DNA of 64,000 nucleotides, taken from assembly GCA_965279515.1 (NCBI GenBank), contig CBDIID010000003.1, forward strand, positions 3,648,001-3,712,000, given 5' to 3'. This DNA is from Turneriella sp. (GTDB taxonomy: Bacteria > Spirochaetota > Leptospiria > Turneriellales > Turneriellaceae). The notes under the pieces were generated by a model that searched no databases, had not been told where the DNA came from, and worked only from the letters and a program-made list of their open reading frames with translations. Shown here piece after piece: positions 11,183 to 21,023 of the stretch (its first letter is position 1; every line of letters starts with the position of its first letter). The position numbers were made by a program, and so were the translations under genes.

Positions 11183-12353
11183 GCGGCTCGCGCTTTGCAC
11201 GACCGCGCTCGTTCTTGCAGGTGGTCTGACAGCCGAGCCCCGCCCTTACCTCAGGCATAAGAACCTGAACCCCACGGCGTATCTGTCGCGCGAGATGCCC
11301 GAACACCTGATTCTCGGCGAAGTGCTGTTCAAGAGCCCCTTTATCCTGGGTGAAAAAATGGCGGCGCAGAATATTTCATGCCATAGCTGCCACCCGAATG
11401 GCGCCGCGACGGATCGCGTCGTCGTTACGGGAAATGCCCCGCGTCCGGGTCTCGTCGACCTGACACATAAAACTATCCACGCGCACGGTGATAATGGCCG
11501 CGACGATGCGCTGCGTATACCTTCGCTGCGCGGCGTGCGCTACCTGGCGCCCTATGGTCACGATGGGCGCATGAAATCGTTGCGCGATTTCACGCGCGAC
11601 ATCGTCGAGAATACTTTTGCAGGAGCGCCGCTTTCAGAAACTGAACTGAGCGCGCTCGTCGCGTACATGATGGAATTTGATTTTCTGCCCAACGCCCGGC
11701 TGGCGCCGACCGGGCGACTCGCGGCAACAGCGGATGCTGCTGAAAAGCAGGGCGAAAAAATATTCATGAATGCGGGCTGCACGCGCTGCCACGATCCACA
11801 GACATACTTCAGCGACGGCAAGGTCTGGCGGCTTACCGGCAAAAAAACACTCTCACCGTACTCCTCGGAAAATGGTTTGAAGACGCCGACGCTGATGCGG
11901 GCACGGCGTGCACATTATCTGCACGACGGCGCCGCCGACTTTGACTCGGTGCTCGAACAACACGCGGCCCAGGTAGAAGTGAAGCTCGACGCGGATGACA
12001 TCCGCCTGTTAAAAAAATACCTCGAAGCGCTGATGAGCGAAGAGAAGCCCGTGGACGAGCGCCATGTCGCTGAGCGCGCCGCGGAGCTCAACAGCTGGCT
12101 CAAGCTCTTCGATAAGGATATGCCGCGCCGGCAGCAGGTTATGGTGCTGAAAACGTTGCAGAGTAATTTTGCGGCACTGAGGTATGACGTGCGGACCGCA
12201 AGGGACCGCTATTTTCTGGCCGTCTACCTCGATGGCCTCACCAAGCTGGCCGATATGGCGGGCCGGCAGGCTTCGCTGGTCATGCGGGCGGGTGTAAAGG
12301 GGTTTCAGCGGCGGATGGCCCCCGGATTGCGTCTTTTTGGCACCGAAAAGTGA
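11172..12353 (+). CDS. Di-heme cytochrome c peroxidase/MauG superfamily protein
   Basis: Signal peptide, two CxxCH (CHSCH, CTRCH), IPSLRGVRYLAPYGHDG, KTPTL..YLHDG. Confidence 0.8.
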   Translation: MRSKRLALCTTALVLAGGLTAEPRPYLRHKNLNPTAYLSREMPEHLILGEVLFKSPFILGEKMAAQNISCHSCHPNGAATDRVVVTGNAPRPGLVDLTHKTIHAHGDNGRDDALRIPSLRGVRYLAPYGHDGRMKSLRDFTRDIVENTFAGAPLSETELSALVAYMMEFDFLPNARLAPTGRLAATADAAEKQGEKIFMNAGCTRCHDPQTYFSDGKVWRLTGKKTLSPYSSENGLKTPTLMRARRAHYLHDGAADFDSVLEQHAAQVEVKLDADDIRLLKKYLEALMSEEKPVDERHVAERAAELNSWLKLFDKDMPRRQQVMVLKTLQSNFAALRYDVRTARDRYFLAVYLDGLTKLADMAGRQASLVMRAGVKGFQRRMAPGLRLFGTEK

Positions 12354-12365
12354 CATGATTCCCTC

Positions 12366-14198
12366 TTGGCATGCGTTTTGCTGCTTTCGAGTGGGATGCT
12401 GGAGCTAAAATACGGTAAACGGCGTGTTGTCAAATACCGCGGCGCGAAGACGGTTATTGGTGGTCTGACGCCCAAAGACAAGATCGATATTCTGATGTAT
12501 GTGAGCAAAGAGCTCTCAACGCTGCGCGATCCGCAAACACTCTTTAGCCGCGTTATTTCGCTGTGCTCAGAAATTTTCGAAGCCGACAACGTGACGCTGC
12601 GCATCTGGGAAAATGACATGCTGATGCCCGTCTCGTTTCTCAAGCAGACGGTTCCCGAACGCCGGCCGCTGGCGAGCGGCGAGGGTTTTTCGGGCAGCGT
12701 CTATGCCGACCAGAAATCGAGCCTGATCTACGATCTTTCACAGGATTCCAAATACCTTGACCCCGGGGAAAATACCCTCTGCGTCATCTGCGCGCCGATC
12801 AGTGTGCGTGAAGATAAACTGGGTACCCTTGCCGTTGAAAAAGGCACATCGCATTTTTATAAAAAGGACGACCTCGAGATTCTCGAAGCGATGGCCGCAC
12901 AGATTGCGCTCGCCATCTTAAGCTCGCGCCTCATCAACGGCATGCTTGTCGCGCAAAAGGCGCAGGAAAGGCTGAACAACCAGCTGCAGTTCGATCTCAA
13001 AATCGGCCGCACGGTGCAGTCGCAGATTATCCATTCGACCATACCTTCGTTCAAAGCGATCGATTTAAGGTCGGCTTATGAGCCGATGGTTGAAGTTTCG
13101 GGCGATTATTTTGACTATTACCGCTCGCATGAATCGCTGACCATCATCATGGCCGATGTGTCGGGTCATGGCGTGCCCGCGGCGCTCATTACCATGGCGC
13201 TCCACTACCATTTTCGCCTGCTGTCGGCCCAGGGGTTAAGCCTGCTGGAACTTTTGCAGCAGCTGAACGAACAGATGAAATCGACACTGCCGCAGGGAAT
13301 ATATTTTACCGCGCAGCTGATGCGTGTCCATAGCGACTACAGTTTTACTTTCGTAAACGCGGGACATCCCAAGATGCTGCATTATTCGGCGTACAGCAAC
13401 GAAATTCTCGCGCAGTACGACACGCCGGGTTACCCCCTGGGGATTACCAGCTTTGACATACGGAACTACGAAGAGATTTCGGGTAAACTGCGACCGGGAG
13501 AAACCCTGGTGATGATCACCGACGGTTTTGCCGAACAACACAACGCAAACCAGGAGCAGCCGGGCGCCGATAAGGTCGCGGCATGGATGTCCGCCGCGCT
13601 GGCGGAACCCGCGGGAGCGATCGAATCTTTCATGCAGAGTTTCAAACTCTACCGCGGCGACGAGGTAAATGAAGACGACCTCACCGTGCTGACGCTCCAC
13701 TATAACCTGCGCCATCTCGAAGCAGATACCTATGTGCACCAGAGCCGGCAGAAGATTAAAACCAACGACTACGAGGCGGCGAAAGCCCTGGCATTGCAGG
13801 CGCTGGCCGTACGGCCGCAGCACCAGGACGCCCTCATCATCGTCGGTAAACTTGCCCTGATTGAGCGCGATTACAAGACCGGCGCCGAGTATTTGGCAAA
13901 GGCCTGCTCCCTGGACGACCATGTGGATCCGCAGATTCTGCTGCTGGCGGGGCATGCATCTTATAAGGCCAACGATATTTCATCGGCGAAGCGGTTTTTG
14001 AAGCTTCTGCTGGCTGACGAGCCGCAGCATATTAAGGCAGCCCTGTTGCTCATCCGCTGCTATGTCAGGGCCGGCGAGCCGCATAAGGCGATGCGCACAC
14101 TGCACGCGGCAATGAAGTATGCGCCGCAAAACGATAAATTGCACCAGGTGGCAGCATTTTTAGAGAAGAAGAATCCGGCCGAAGCGGCAGTTGCCTGA
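12366..14198 (+). CDS. GAF + SpoIIE (PP2C) phosphatase + TPR protein
   Basis: GAF, VSGDYFD, ADVSGHG, NAGHP, TDG, DDLT, C-terminal TPRs; start may be ATG 12396. Confidence 0.9.
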   Translation: MACVLLLSSGMLELKYGKRRVVKYRGAKTVIGGLTPKDKIDILMYVSKELSTLRDPQTLFSRVISLCSEIFEADNVTLRIWENDMLMPVSFLKQTVPERRPLASGEGFSGSVYADQKSSLIYDLSQDSKYLDPGENTLCVICAPISVREDKLGTLAVEKGTSHFYKKDDLEILEAMAAQIALAILSSRLINGMLVAQKAQERLNNQLQFDLKIGRTVQSQIIHSTIPSFKAIDLRSAYEPMVEVSGDYFDYYRSHESLTIIMADVSGHGVPAALITMALHYHFRLLSAQGLSLLELLQQLNEQMKSTLPQGIYFTAQLMRVHSDYSFTFVNAGHPKMLHYSAYSNEILAQYDTPGYPLGITSFDIRNYEEISGKLRPGETLVMITDGFAEQHNANQEQPGADKVAAWMSAALAEPAGAIESFMQSFKLYRGDEVNEDDLTVLTLHYNLRHLEADTYVHQSRQKIKTNDYEAAKALALQALAVRPQHQDALIIVGKLALIERDYKTGAEYLAKACSLDDHVDPQILLLAGHASYKANDISSAKRFLKLLLADEPQHIKAALLLIRCYVRAGEPHKAMRTLHAAMKYAPQNDKLHQVAAFLEKKNPAEAAVA

Positions 14199-14249
14199 GA
14201 AAATTGTAAAAAACGCTCGATCGTTTCTGTAGGCGTTTATTATCGCCAT

Positions 14250-14996
14250 ATGGAAATCGCATACTACTTCAAGAATTTACCCCCGACTGACGCTATTAAG
14301 GCTTATGCCACAAAAAAGATAGATAAGCTAAAAGAACGGCTGCACCACATCGAGGGCATCGATGTACGCTTTTCCCTGGAAAGGCAGAACCAGTTCTTCG
14401 AAATCACGGTGCACGGTGATGCTACGGTATTTCACCTGAAGAAAAGCGACAAAGATCTCTATGCCGCGATAGATAATGCACTCGATGTCCTGAATAACCA
14501 GATCGATAAGTACCGCAAAAAGTTCGAAGAGAAGACTTCCGAAGTCAAAGAAAAGTTTCTGCCGACCACAGACGATCGCACGGTCGAAGAAGAGACTGAA
14601 ATCGAAATGCGCGATGCCGAAATCAAGCCGATGGACGACCTCGAGGCGGTATTACAGCTGCGTTCCAAGAAATTTCGTTTCCTCATGTACCATCACGCCG
14701 ATGAAAAAAATTACGGTCTCGCGACGGCACGTAACGACGGCAACTACAGCATCGTGATGCCTTCGCCGGGTGGCGGCGGTTTTGTCGAAATGGTCGCACG
14801 GTTCTCCGAAAACAAACTCGAGAAGCTTGCTGAATCGATTTACCCGGTTTCCAAGTTTACCGTCGCCGAAGCGCTCGACGTTTTGAACGAGGCAAACCTC
14901 GAATACCTCGCATTTGTCAACGAAGACAACGATCGCCTGAACGTCATTTTCCACGCACAGGGCGGCGGCATCATGATAAAGAGGCCCGCGACCTGA
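14250..14996 (+). CDS. hpf: Ribosome hibernation promoting factor (HPF/RaiA) with duplicated C-terminal domain
   Basis: TDAIKAYATKKIDKL, DLYAAIDNALDVLNNQIDKYRKK; two S30AE_C-like repeats; upstream of hprK. Confidence 0.85.
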   Translation: MEIAYYFKNLPPTDAIKAYATKKIDKLKERLHHIEGIDVRFSLERQNQFFEITVHGDATVFHLKKSDKDLYAAIDNALDVLNNQIDKYRKKFEEKTSEVKEKFLPTTDDRTVEEETEIEMRDAEIKPMDDLEAVLQLRSKKFRFLMYHHADEKNYGLATARNDGNYSIVMPSPGGGGFVEMVARFSENKLEKLAESIYPVSKFTVAEALDVLNEANLEYLAFVNEDNDRLNVIFHAQGGGIMIKRPAT

Positions 14997-15931
14997 AAGC
15001 GGTAAAGGTCAGAGAACTACTGGGTGACGCCGACCGGCTGAAGATTCGCCTGATCAACGAAGACGCGGATCTCGACCGCGAACTCAAAGAGATCGACGTC
15101 AACAGGCCGGGGCTTGCGCTGAACGGCTTCTTCGAACACTTTGCGCATGATCGCATGCAGGTTTTTGGCCAGGGCGAACATGCCTATGTCGCGAGCATCG
15201 CTCCCGAGAAACTGCTGGAGCCGCTCGAACGGTATTTCAATTACCCGATTACCGGCATCGTTTTCACACACGGTAACTTTCCTTCAGATCTGTTCCTGAA
15301 ATTTGCCATGAAAAACCGCACCCCGGTTTTTGTATCGGGCCACCGCACCAGCAAATTCATCAATGTTTTTACCGATTTTCTCGATGCGCAATTGGCGCCG
15401 CAGACACTGTTGCACGGTACGCTTGTCGAGGTATCAGGCGTCGGTATTCTATTGCAGGGCAAGAGCGGCGTCGGCAAGAGCGAAACGGCCCTTGAACTCG
15501 TGCAGCGCGGCCATAGTCTTGTCGCAGACGACGCCGTGCGCATCGTCTGCCGCGATGCCTCACGGCTTTATGGCTATGTCTCGCAGACGATCGAACACCA
15601 CCTCGAAATCCGTGGGCTCGGCATCATCAATATCAGTGACCTGTTCGGCGCCGGCGCCGTGCGGATGAATAAACGTATCGATCTCATCATCCATCTCGAA
15701 GACTGGGATGACAAGAAGGAGTACGACCGGCTGGGCCTAGAAGATCAAACCGAGGAAATTCTGGGTGTCGAGATTTCCGTCATGACGATTCCTGTACGCC
15801 CGGGCCGTAACGTGCCGGTGCTCATCGAAACGGCGGCGAAGAACTTTAACCTGAAATCGCGTGGGCACAATGCGGCGAAAAAATTCCAGGAACGGCTTGC
15901 CCGCATGATTAAAGAAGCGGCAGAGAACTAG
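14993..15931 (+). CDS. hprK: HPr kinase/phosphorylase
   Basis: Walker A GKSGVGKSE, LVADD, HLEIRGLGII; conserved N-terminal DVNRPGLAL lies upstream of ORF-track start 15155, implying a CTG start at 14993. Confidence 0.93.
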   Translation: MKAVKVRELLGDADRLKIRLINEDADLDRELKEIDVNRPGLALNGFFEHFAHDRMQVFGQGEHAYVASIAPEKLLEPLERYFNYPITGIVFTHGNFPSDLFLKFAMKNRTPVFVSGHRTSKFINVFTDFLDAQLAPQTLLHGTLVEVSGVGILLQGKSGVGKSETALELVQRGHSLVADDAVRIVCRDASRLYGYVSQTIEHHLEIRGLGIINISDLFGAGAVRMNKRIDLIIHLEDWDDKKEYDRLGLEDQTEEILGVEISVMTIPVRPGRNVPVLIETAAKNFNLKSRGHNAAKKFQERLARMIKEAAEN

Positions 15932-16028
15932 GTAAGTTATGAAAAAGCGCCATCCAGAGCTTTGCCCATGGCAAAGCGCATTCCTTCGCGTTTCGCTTGC
16001 GAAACGCATGACTTTTTCATAACTTACC
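15931..16028. repeat. 98-bp MITE-like palindromic element with perfect 17-bp terminal inverted repeats and two internal hairpins
   Basis: GGTAAGTTATGAAAAAG (15931-15947) / CTTTTTCATAACTTACC (16012-16028); internal GCTTTGCC-CAT-GGCAAAGC and GCGTTTCGC-TT-GCGAAACGC. Confidence 0.8.
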
Positions 16029-16032
16029 GCAG

Positions 16033-16299
16033 ATGGTCTCGCGCAGCGCTACAATACGCAATGAAACCGGTGTTCACGCCCGGCCGGCGGCAGTGTTCGT
16101 GAAAGCCGCGAACAAATTTCCCTGCGAAATTTTCGTCGAAAAAGACGGCCAGCGCATCAATGGTAAGAGCATCATGGGGCTCATGATGCTGGCTTTGACG
16201 CGCGACACGCGTATCATGGTCATCGCCGAGGGTGAAAAAGAAGAAGAGGCCGTGGCCTCTCTTTGCTCGCTGGTTGAAAATAGTTTTATTGAATCCTGA
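16033..16299 (+). CDS. ptsH: Phosphocarrier protein HPr
   Basis: GVHARPA (His15) and KSIMGLMML (Ser46). Confidence 0.95.
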   Translation: MVSRSATIRNETGVHARPAAVFVKAANKFPCEIFVEKDGQRINGKSIMGLMMLALTRDTRIMVIAEGEKEEEAVASLCSLVENSFIES

Positions 16300-16303
16300 A
16301 AAT

Positions 16304-18685
16304 CTATTTTTCTGTGAAAGTTGCCCGGTTTTTTTCTCCGCGAGCGGCAAGCTGAATCATGTCCCTGAGTTCTTCTGCACTGTAGGGTTTTGCGATGTGC
16401 CCTGTGAACCCCGCTCCACGGCATGCGGCAAGATCTGAAGGCAGTGCGTTCGCGCTCAGCGCGTATATGGGCATGCGGCTATTCGCGTTTGTCAATAGCC
16501 GTGCCTGGCGCACTGTGGTATACCCATCCATTTCTGGCATCTGCAAATCGATCAGTGCGAGATCATATTCGTTTTTCCTTAATAGCGCCAATGCTTCGAG
16601 ACCGTTGATCGCGGAGTCAAAACGGTGCTGGTCCTGCTTCAAAATATGTTCGACCAGCATCAGGTTGATTTCATCGTCTTCAGCTATTAATATTCTAAAT
16701 GAAAGTCTGGGTTGTGATACGATAGCGGAAGCAAATGGGATATCGGGCGTCTTTTGAAGCACAACGGTAAAATTAAAGACAGTTCCCCCGCCTGCGTTCT
16801 CTTTGACATTAATCTCGCCTTCCATCAGAGAAACAATACGCGAAACGATCGCGAGGCCCAAACCCGAGCCTCCGTACCGGCGGCTTACCCCTGCATCGGC
16901 CTGGACAAAACTCTCAAAGATCATTTGCCGTTTTTCGGGAGAAATGCCGATGCCCGTATCAGCAACAGAAAAATGTACCCGTACACGATCTGCGTCTTCA
17001 GCAATCGCGGTTGTGTGGGCAGAGATGATAATTCCTCCCCGCCCGGTAAACTTTATGGCGTTGCCGATTAAGTTCATGAGTACTTGCGAGAGCCGCGCGG
17101 CATCGCCGCTTAAATTTGAATTCTCCACCTGGTTCCTGACAGAAATGGATAACCCTTTGGCCGCGGCTGCCGGCCTGAAGAGATCGACCAGACTCTTCAA
17201 CAAATCCGCCAGGTCAAACGGACCTTTCTCCAGTGTAAATCGCCCCTCTTCGATGCGCGAAAAATCAAGTACCTGATTGACAAGATGCGCCAACCGGTTT
17301 CCGCTTTCTTTCAGGGCATGTGTATATGTAACCCGTTCGGTGGCCGGCAGGTTATCTGTCAAAAGCTGGGCCAGGCCCAGCATCGCTGTGAGCGGGGTCC
17401 GGATTTCGTGGCTCATGATGGACAGAAACTCCGTTTTAAACCGATCCGCAGCCACGGCCGCTTCACGCTCAATCTTAAAGGTGCGCACCTGGCTTGCGAG
17501 GGCAAAGGAAAGAATGGTTATTGCACCTGTCGCTCCGATGATAAATCCGAATTGTGATACGGGTGTCGATTGGACTATGCCGAGAGTAACAAAGGCAAAT
17601 GCAACCGTACCCGCTGCAAAACTAAGAAGCGCGGAGAAAAAATACCAGGCAACGGTTTTCCGTTCGCGAATGCCGAGGGTTACGGCAAATAATATGGGAA
17701 CAAAAAGTGAAACGCCGGAGATAATCATCGTACGCACGACGGTTCCGTATGAGAGGAATGGTAAAAAAAACAGCGGAGCAACTACCAATAGCGGGGAAAA
17801 ACGTAAAACCCGGTCAGTCCATTTCCAGTGCTCCGATCCAATGGCGAAACGCACAAACTGCGCTCCCAACACGCCGAAAAGTCCGATCGCAAACGCATTG
17901 ATGTTCAAAGCAAACCGTGGATAATCGGGCCAAAAGTATTGGTAAGCGAAGCCGTAGGTTGCTGAGTAGAATACGATGCCTACCCATACAAGGCCCGAAT
18001 AGACAAAGAAAACACGGGAACGAAGGAAAAAAGCGATAGCCAGGTTATAGACGAACAGTAATAAATGCGAACCCAGAATGAGACCGAAAATCAATGTTTC
18101 GCGGATCTCAAATTCCCTGAAGGCTTCAGGACGCCAGATCTGCACGGGTATTTGTAAGGATGTTTCGGAGCTGACCCGCAGGTAATAGGTAACATCCAGC
18201 CCCTTTTTCAAATGGATTGGAAATACAAATTTGCGGCTTGGATAGGGGCGTTCGGCAAAGGGGCGCTTTATTCCCGTTTGAACCACTTTAAATCCATCGG
18301 GTACCGCTGGTTCGAAAAATTGAATATCGCTGAGCCGCGGGGCGGGAACCACGAAAAACCAAAGACCGTCTTTTTCGGAACGGAGTGTTATGCGTACCCA
18401 ATAAGCTGCATCTGTGAAGCCATAGGACGGAACTCCTTTACCCGCAGACTGCCAGGGGGCGTTCATTTCCGCTGGATCTTTTACCTTCTGAACTTCTTTC
18501 GCGACAAAAAGTTTTTCCGCGGCCAGATAGAAATCTGCTTCGTTTACCTTCAGTGTCTTTGAAGAAGGTATATCCGCCGCCTGCGCGGCAGAAAAAATAA
18601 TAAACAAACCTGAAAAGAGAGCAATTGGAATTTTGTTAAAGCGGAACATTCGGAAAATATCCCCCATGGGTGCGGCTGTGGGCAC
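16304..18685 (-). CDS. 7TM-DISM hybrid sensor histidine kinase/response regulator
   Basis: 7TMR-DISMED2-like ectodomain, 7 TM, MSHEIRTP, NLIGNAIKFT, GGSGLGL, REC; start probably ATG 18649. Confidence 0.92.
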   Translation of the reverse strand: MPTAAPMGDIFRMFRFNKIPIALFSGLFIIFSAAQAADIPSSKTLKVNEADFYLAAEKLFVAKEVQKVKDPAEMNAPWQSAGKGVPSYGFTDAAYWVRITLRSEKDGLWFFVVPAPRLSDIQFFEPAVPDGFKVVQTGIKRPFAERPYPSRKFVFPIHLKKGLDVTYYLRVSSETSLQIPVQIWRPEAFREFEIRETLIFGLILGSHLLLFVYNLAIAFFLRSRVFFVYSGLVWVGIVFYSATYGFAYQYFWPDYPRFALNINAFAIGLFGVLGAQFVRFAIGSEHWKWTDRVLRFSPLLVVAPLFFLPFLSYGTVVRTMIISGVSLFVPILFAVTLGIRERKTVAWYFFSALLSFAAGTVAFAFVTLGIVQSTPVSQFGFIIGATGAITILSFALASQVRTFKIEREAAVAADRFKTEFLSIMSHEIRTPLTAMLGLAQLLTDNLPATERVTYTHALKESGNRLAHLVNQVLDFSRIEEGRFTLEKGPFDLADLLKSLVDLFRPAAAAKGLSISVRNQVENSNLSGDAARLSQVLMNLIGNAIKFTGRGGIIISAHTTAIAEDADRVRVHFSVADTGIGISPEKRQMIFESFVQADAGVSRRYGGSGLGLAIVSRIVSLMEGEINVKENAGGGTVFNFTVVLQKTPDIPFASAIVSQPRLSFRILIAEDDEINLMLVEHILKQDQHRFDSAINGLEALALLRKNEYDLALIDLQMPEMDGYTTVRQARLLTNANSRMPIYALSANALPSDLAACRGAGFTGHIAKPYSAEELRDMIQLAARGEKNRATFTEK

Positions 18686-18718
18686 CAGCTCTCTCAGGGT
18701 AAAGCCTGTTTTCGTCGT

Positions 18719-19657
18719 TCAGGGTCGGGGGAAATCCGGATGCCGGGGGCGCATCGCCAGCGTTTGCCCTTCGAATTCATACATCGAACGTTTGCCGTAA
18801 TAATCCGATTTGGTTTCTTCCATATGGCAATCAGCCGTTGTTGCAAAACCGCGGATTGCCTGGGCGAGATCGATTTGTTTTCTGAGCTCCGCCATTTCTG
18901 CGGGATCAAACGACATTTTTTGATCAGGGCCTGGCAGGTTCTTATCGAGTGTGAAATGTTTTTCAACAATCACGGCGCCGCCGGATACCGCGGCAAAAGC
19001 GGCGATGGTGCCTTCGGTGTGGTCCGAGAAGCCTAACGGAATCTTCTTATCGGCTGGGAGCAGCGCCGCGATGCGGCCCAGCCGGGAAATGTTGGCTTTT
19101 TCTACGGGTGTCGGGTAGAGCGACACACAATGGAGCAGGGCATAAACAGCTGCGGATTTTTCGAGGTGGCCGATCGTCGACTTCACTTCGTTTTCGCTCG
19201 CTGCACCCGTCGATACGATGAGTGGTTTCTTTTGTGCTGTCACCGCCGCCAATAGCGGCCAGTTATTCACGTCACCCGAAGCAATTTTGAACGCGGGGAC
19301 ATCCAACTTTGTAAGATTTTCAACCCAGTCGGCGGTGAGTGGTGTTGAGAAAAATATCAGGCCTTGCGCAACCGTGTAATCCCGAAGCTGTTCATGGAAA
19401 GCAAAATCGAGTTCGAGGCCGGCGAAGATGTCATAGAGACCGTGGGTATTTTCAAACTTCCGGTTAATAAAATATTTGGTCGTATAGGATTGCAATTTCA
19501 CCGCGTTGACGCCGCTGGTTTTCGCTGCGTCGACCATGCGCTTAGCCAGATTAAGATCGCGGTTATGGTTGAGGCCGAACTCGGCGATGAGAAACGGTTT
19601 CTCCGATGCAGATATTCTTCTGTCGGACGGATTTGCGGCTGAACGCCTGAGATTCAT
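18719..19657 (-). CDS. N-acetylneuraminate synthase (NeuB/SpsE) family protein
   Basis: IAEFGLNHN, FKIASGD, LLHCVSLYP, GFSDHT, VEKHFTLD; C-terminal SAF domain largely absent. Confidence 0.88.
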   Translation of the reverse strand: MNLRRSAANPSDRRISASEKPFLIAEFGLNHNRDLNLAKRMVDAAKTSGVNAVKLQSYTTKYFINRKFENTHGLYDIFAGLELDFAFHEQLRDYTVAQGLIFFSTPLTADWVENLTKLDVPAFKIASGDVNNWPLLAAVTAQKKPLIVSTGAASENEVKSTIGHLEKSAAVYALLHCVSLYPTPVEKANISRLGRIAALLPADKKIPLGFSDHTEGTIAAFAAVSGGAVIVEKHFTLDKNLPGPDQKMSFDPAEMAELRKQIDLAQAIRGFATTADCHMEETKSDYYGKRSMYEFEGQTLAMRPRHPDFPRP

Positions 19658-19663
19658 GAAATC

Positions 19664-20998
19664 TCAGCGGCGCTTCGAGCGGCCGCGCAGGCCCTTGAGA
19701 AATTTGACAGGGTTTACGTTCTCGCCGTTCTTAGAAATTTCAAAGTGCAGGTGCGGACCGAAAGAATAACCCGTGTCACCGGTACGTCCCAGGACCTGGC
19801 CGCGGCGTACGCGCTGGCCGACGGCCACGTGGCGGCGTGAAAGGTGACCGTAGAGTGTCTTGTAGGTGTCGTCGTGCGTCACGATGATGGCGTTGCCGTA
19901 GCCGCCCAGCCAGCCTGAATAGGTGATCGTGCCTGACTTCGCGGCGCGTACAGGTACATAGAATGCCTTGAGGTCTAAGCCCTTGTGGAAGGCTGAGCGT
20001 GGGTAATTACGCCAGCCATAACCTGAGGTGACGACACGGCTGGATACCGGGATCAGCCAGCCCTCGGCGTGGCGTATGGGCTTCGCGCCGGGCAGAAAGA
20101 TCTCTTCGCCGACGTCTAAGAGGTCAATATTGACATGCTCATTTTCGGTCATGAACTTATCGAGCGTGACCTTGTGCGCCTGCAGAATGTTTGCGAGGCG
20201 CTCGTTTTTCTTCACGATGTAATAAAACCCGTCGCGGGTCGGCACCGAAAGTGTCTGGCCAGGTGAAATTTCCTGGAATTCATTGAGGCGGCTCGAACCG
20301 CTGATCGATTCAGGTTTGACTTTGTACTTTTTAGCGACGGATTGCAGCGTATCACCGCGCTTCACCTTATACTGCAGCTTCTGCACTTTATTCGCACTGT
20401 TCTCTTCGGCTTTGTCGCTCTGCGTGCGCTCTTCGAGCACACCCATGAGCTGGTCTTTGATTTTTTCGTCGCCTTCAAATTGCGCGATTTCGCCGGTGAT
20501 GTCCGACGCTTCGCTGATAACCTTGCCCGACTCAAGGCGTCCCACACCGCCGATACCGGTCTTGGCCTCAGAGAAAGCCATCTTCACAGCGTTCTGGCGT
20601 TTTTTCCAAAGAGCGATAGATGTAGATGTGACGATGCAGGCCGAAGCGAGCACAAGCCACACCATCGCGCGGCGGTCGATCCGCAATGCGCCGCTCTTCA
20701 GTGTACCGCGGCGCTTGTAAAAATACAGAAACTGGCCTTTGCCCTGATAGGCAACCTCGGCAAAACCCAAATTGATGCGCAGGCCACTGAGGCGGGGTTT
20801 TGTTTCTACGGGTGCGGCAAAAACGGGAGTCGGAACTACCGTCGGAGCCTTTTTGGCCGCTGCCGCTGACGGTTTTACGTCGAGGACAAAGAAATCTTTT
20901 CGGTCAGTTTTTTTCGGTGGCATCGAGCGCATAGTCGACCTATGCTCTGATTTTCGACCTGAACTAGTGTTTCCTTTGAGAGCTTTTTTTCTGGCCAA
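19664..20998 (-). CDS. Membrane-anchored LysM + M23 endopeptidase
   Basis: TM helix, YKVKRGDTL LysM, HKGLD and HLHF zinc motifs. Confidence 0.9.
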   Translation of the reverse strand: MARKKALKGNTSSGRKSEHRSTMRSMPPKKTDRKDFFVLDVKPSAAAAKKAPTVVPTPVFAAPVETKPRLSGLRINLGFAEVAYQGKGQFLYFYKRRGTLKSGALRIDRRAMVWLVLASACIVTSTSIALWKKRQNAVKMAFSEAKTGIGGVGRLESGKVISEASDITGEIAQFEGDEKIKDQLMGVLEERTQSDKAEENSANKVQKLQYKVKRGDTLQSVAKKYKVKPESISGSSRLNEFQEISPGQTLSVPTRDGFYYIVKKNERLANILQAHKVTLDKFMTENEHVNIDLLDVGEEIFLPGAKPIRHAEGWLIPVSSRVVTSGYGWRNYPRSAFHKGLDLKAFYVPVRAAKSGTITYSGWLGGYGNAIIVTHDDTYKTLYGHLSRRHVAVGQRVRRGQVLGRTGDTGYSFGPHLHFEISKNGENVNPVKFLKGLRGRSKRR

Positions 20999-21023
20999 GG
21001 TAGATCAACCGCCGTTCGATAGA

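Noticed and set aside
16803..17924. Long plus-strand ORFs opposite the 7TM kinase
   Set aside because: Antisense mirror of the kinase frame; no independent coding signal.
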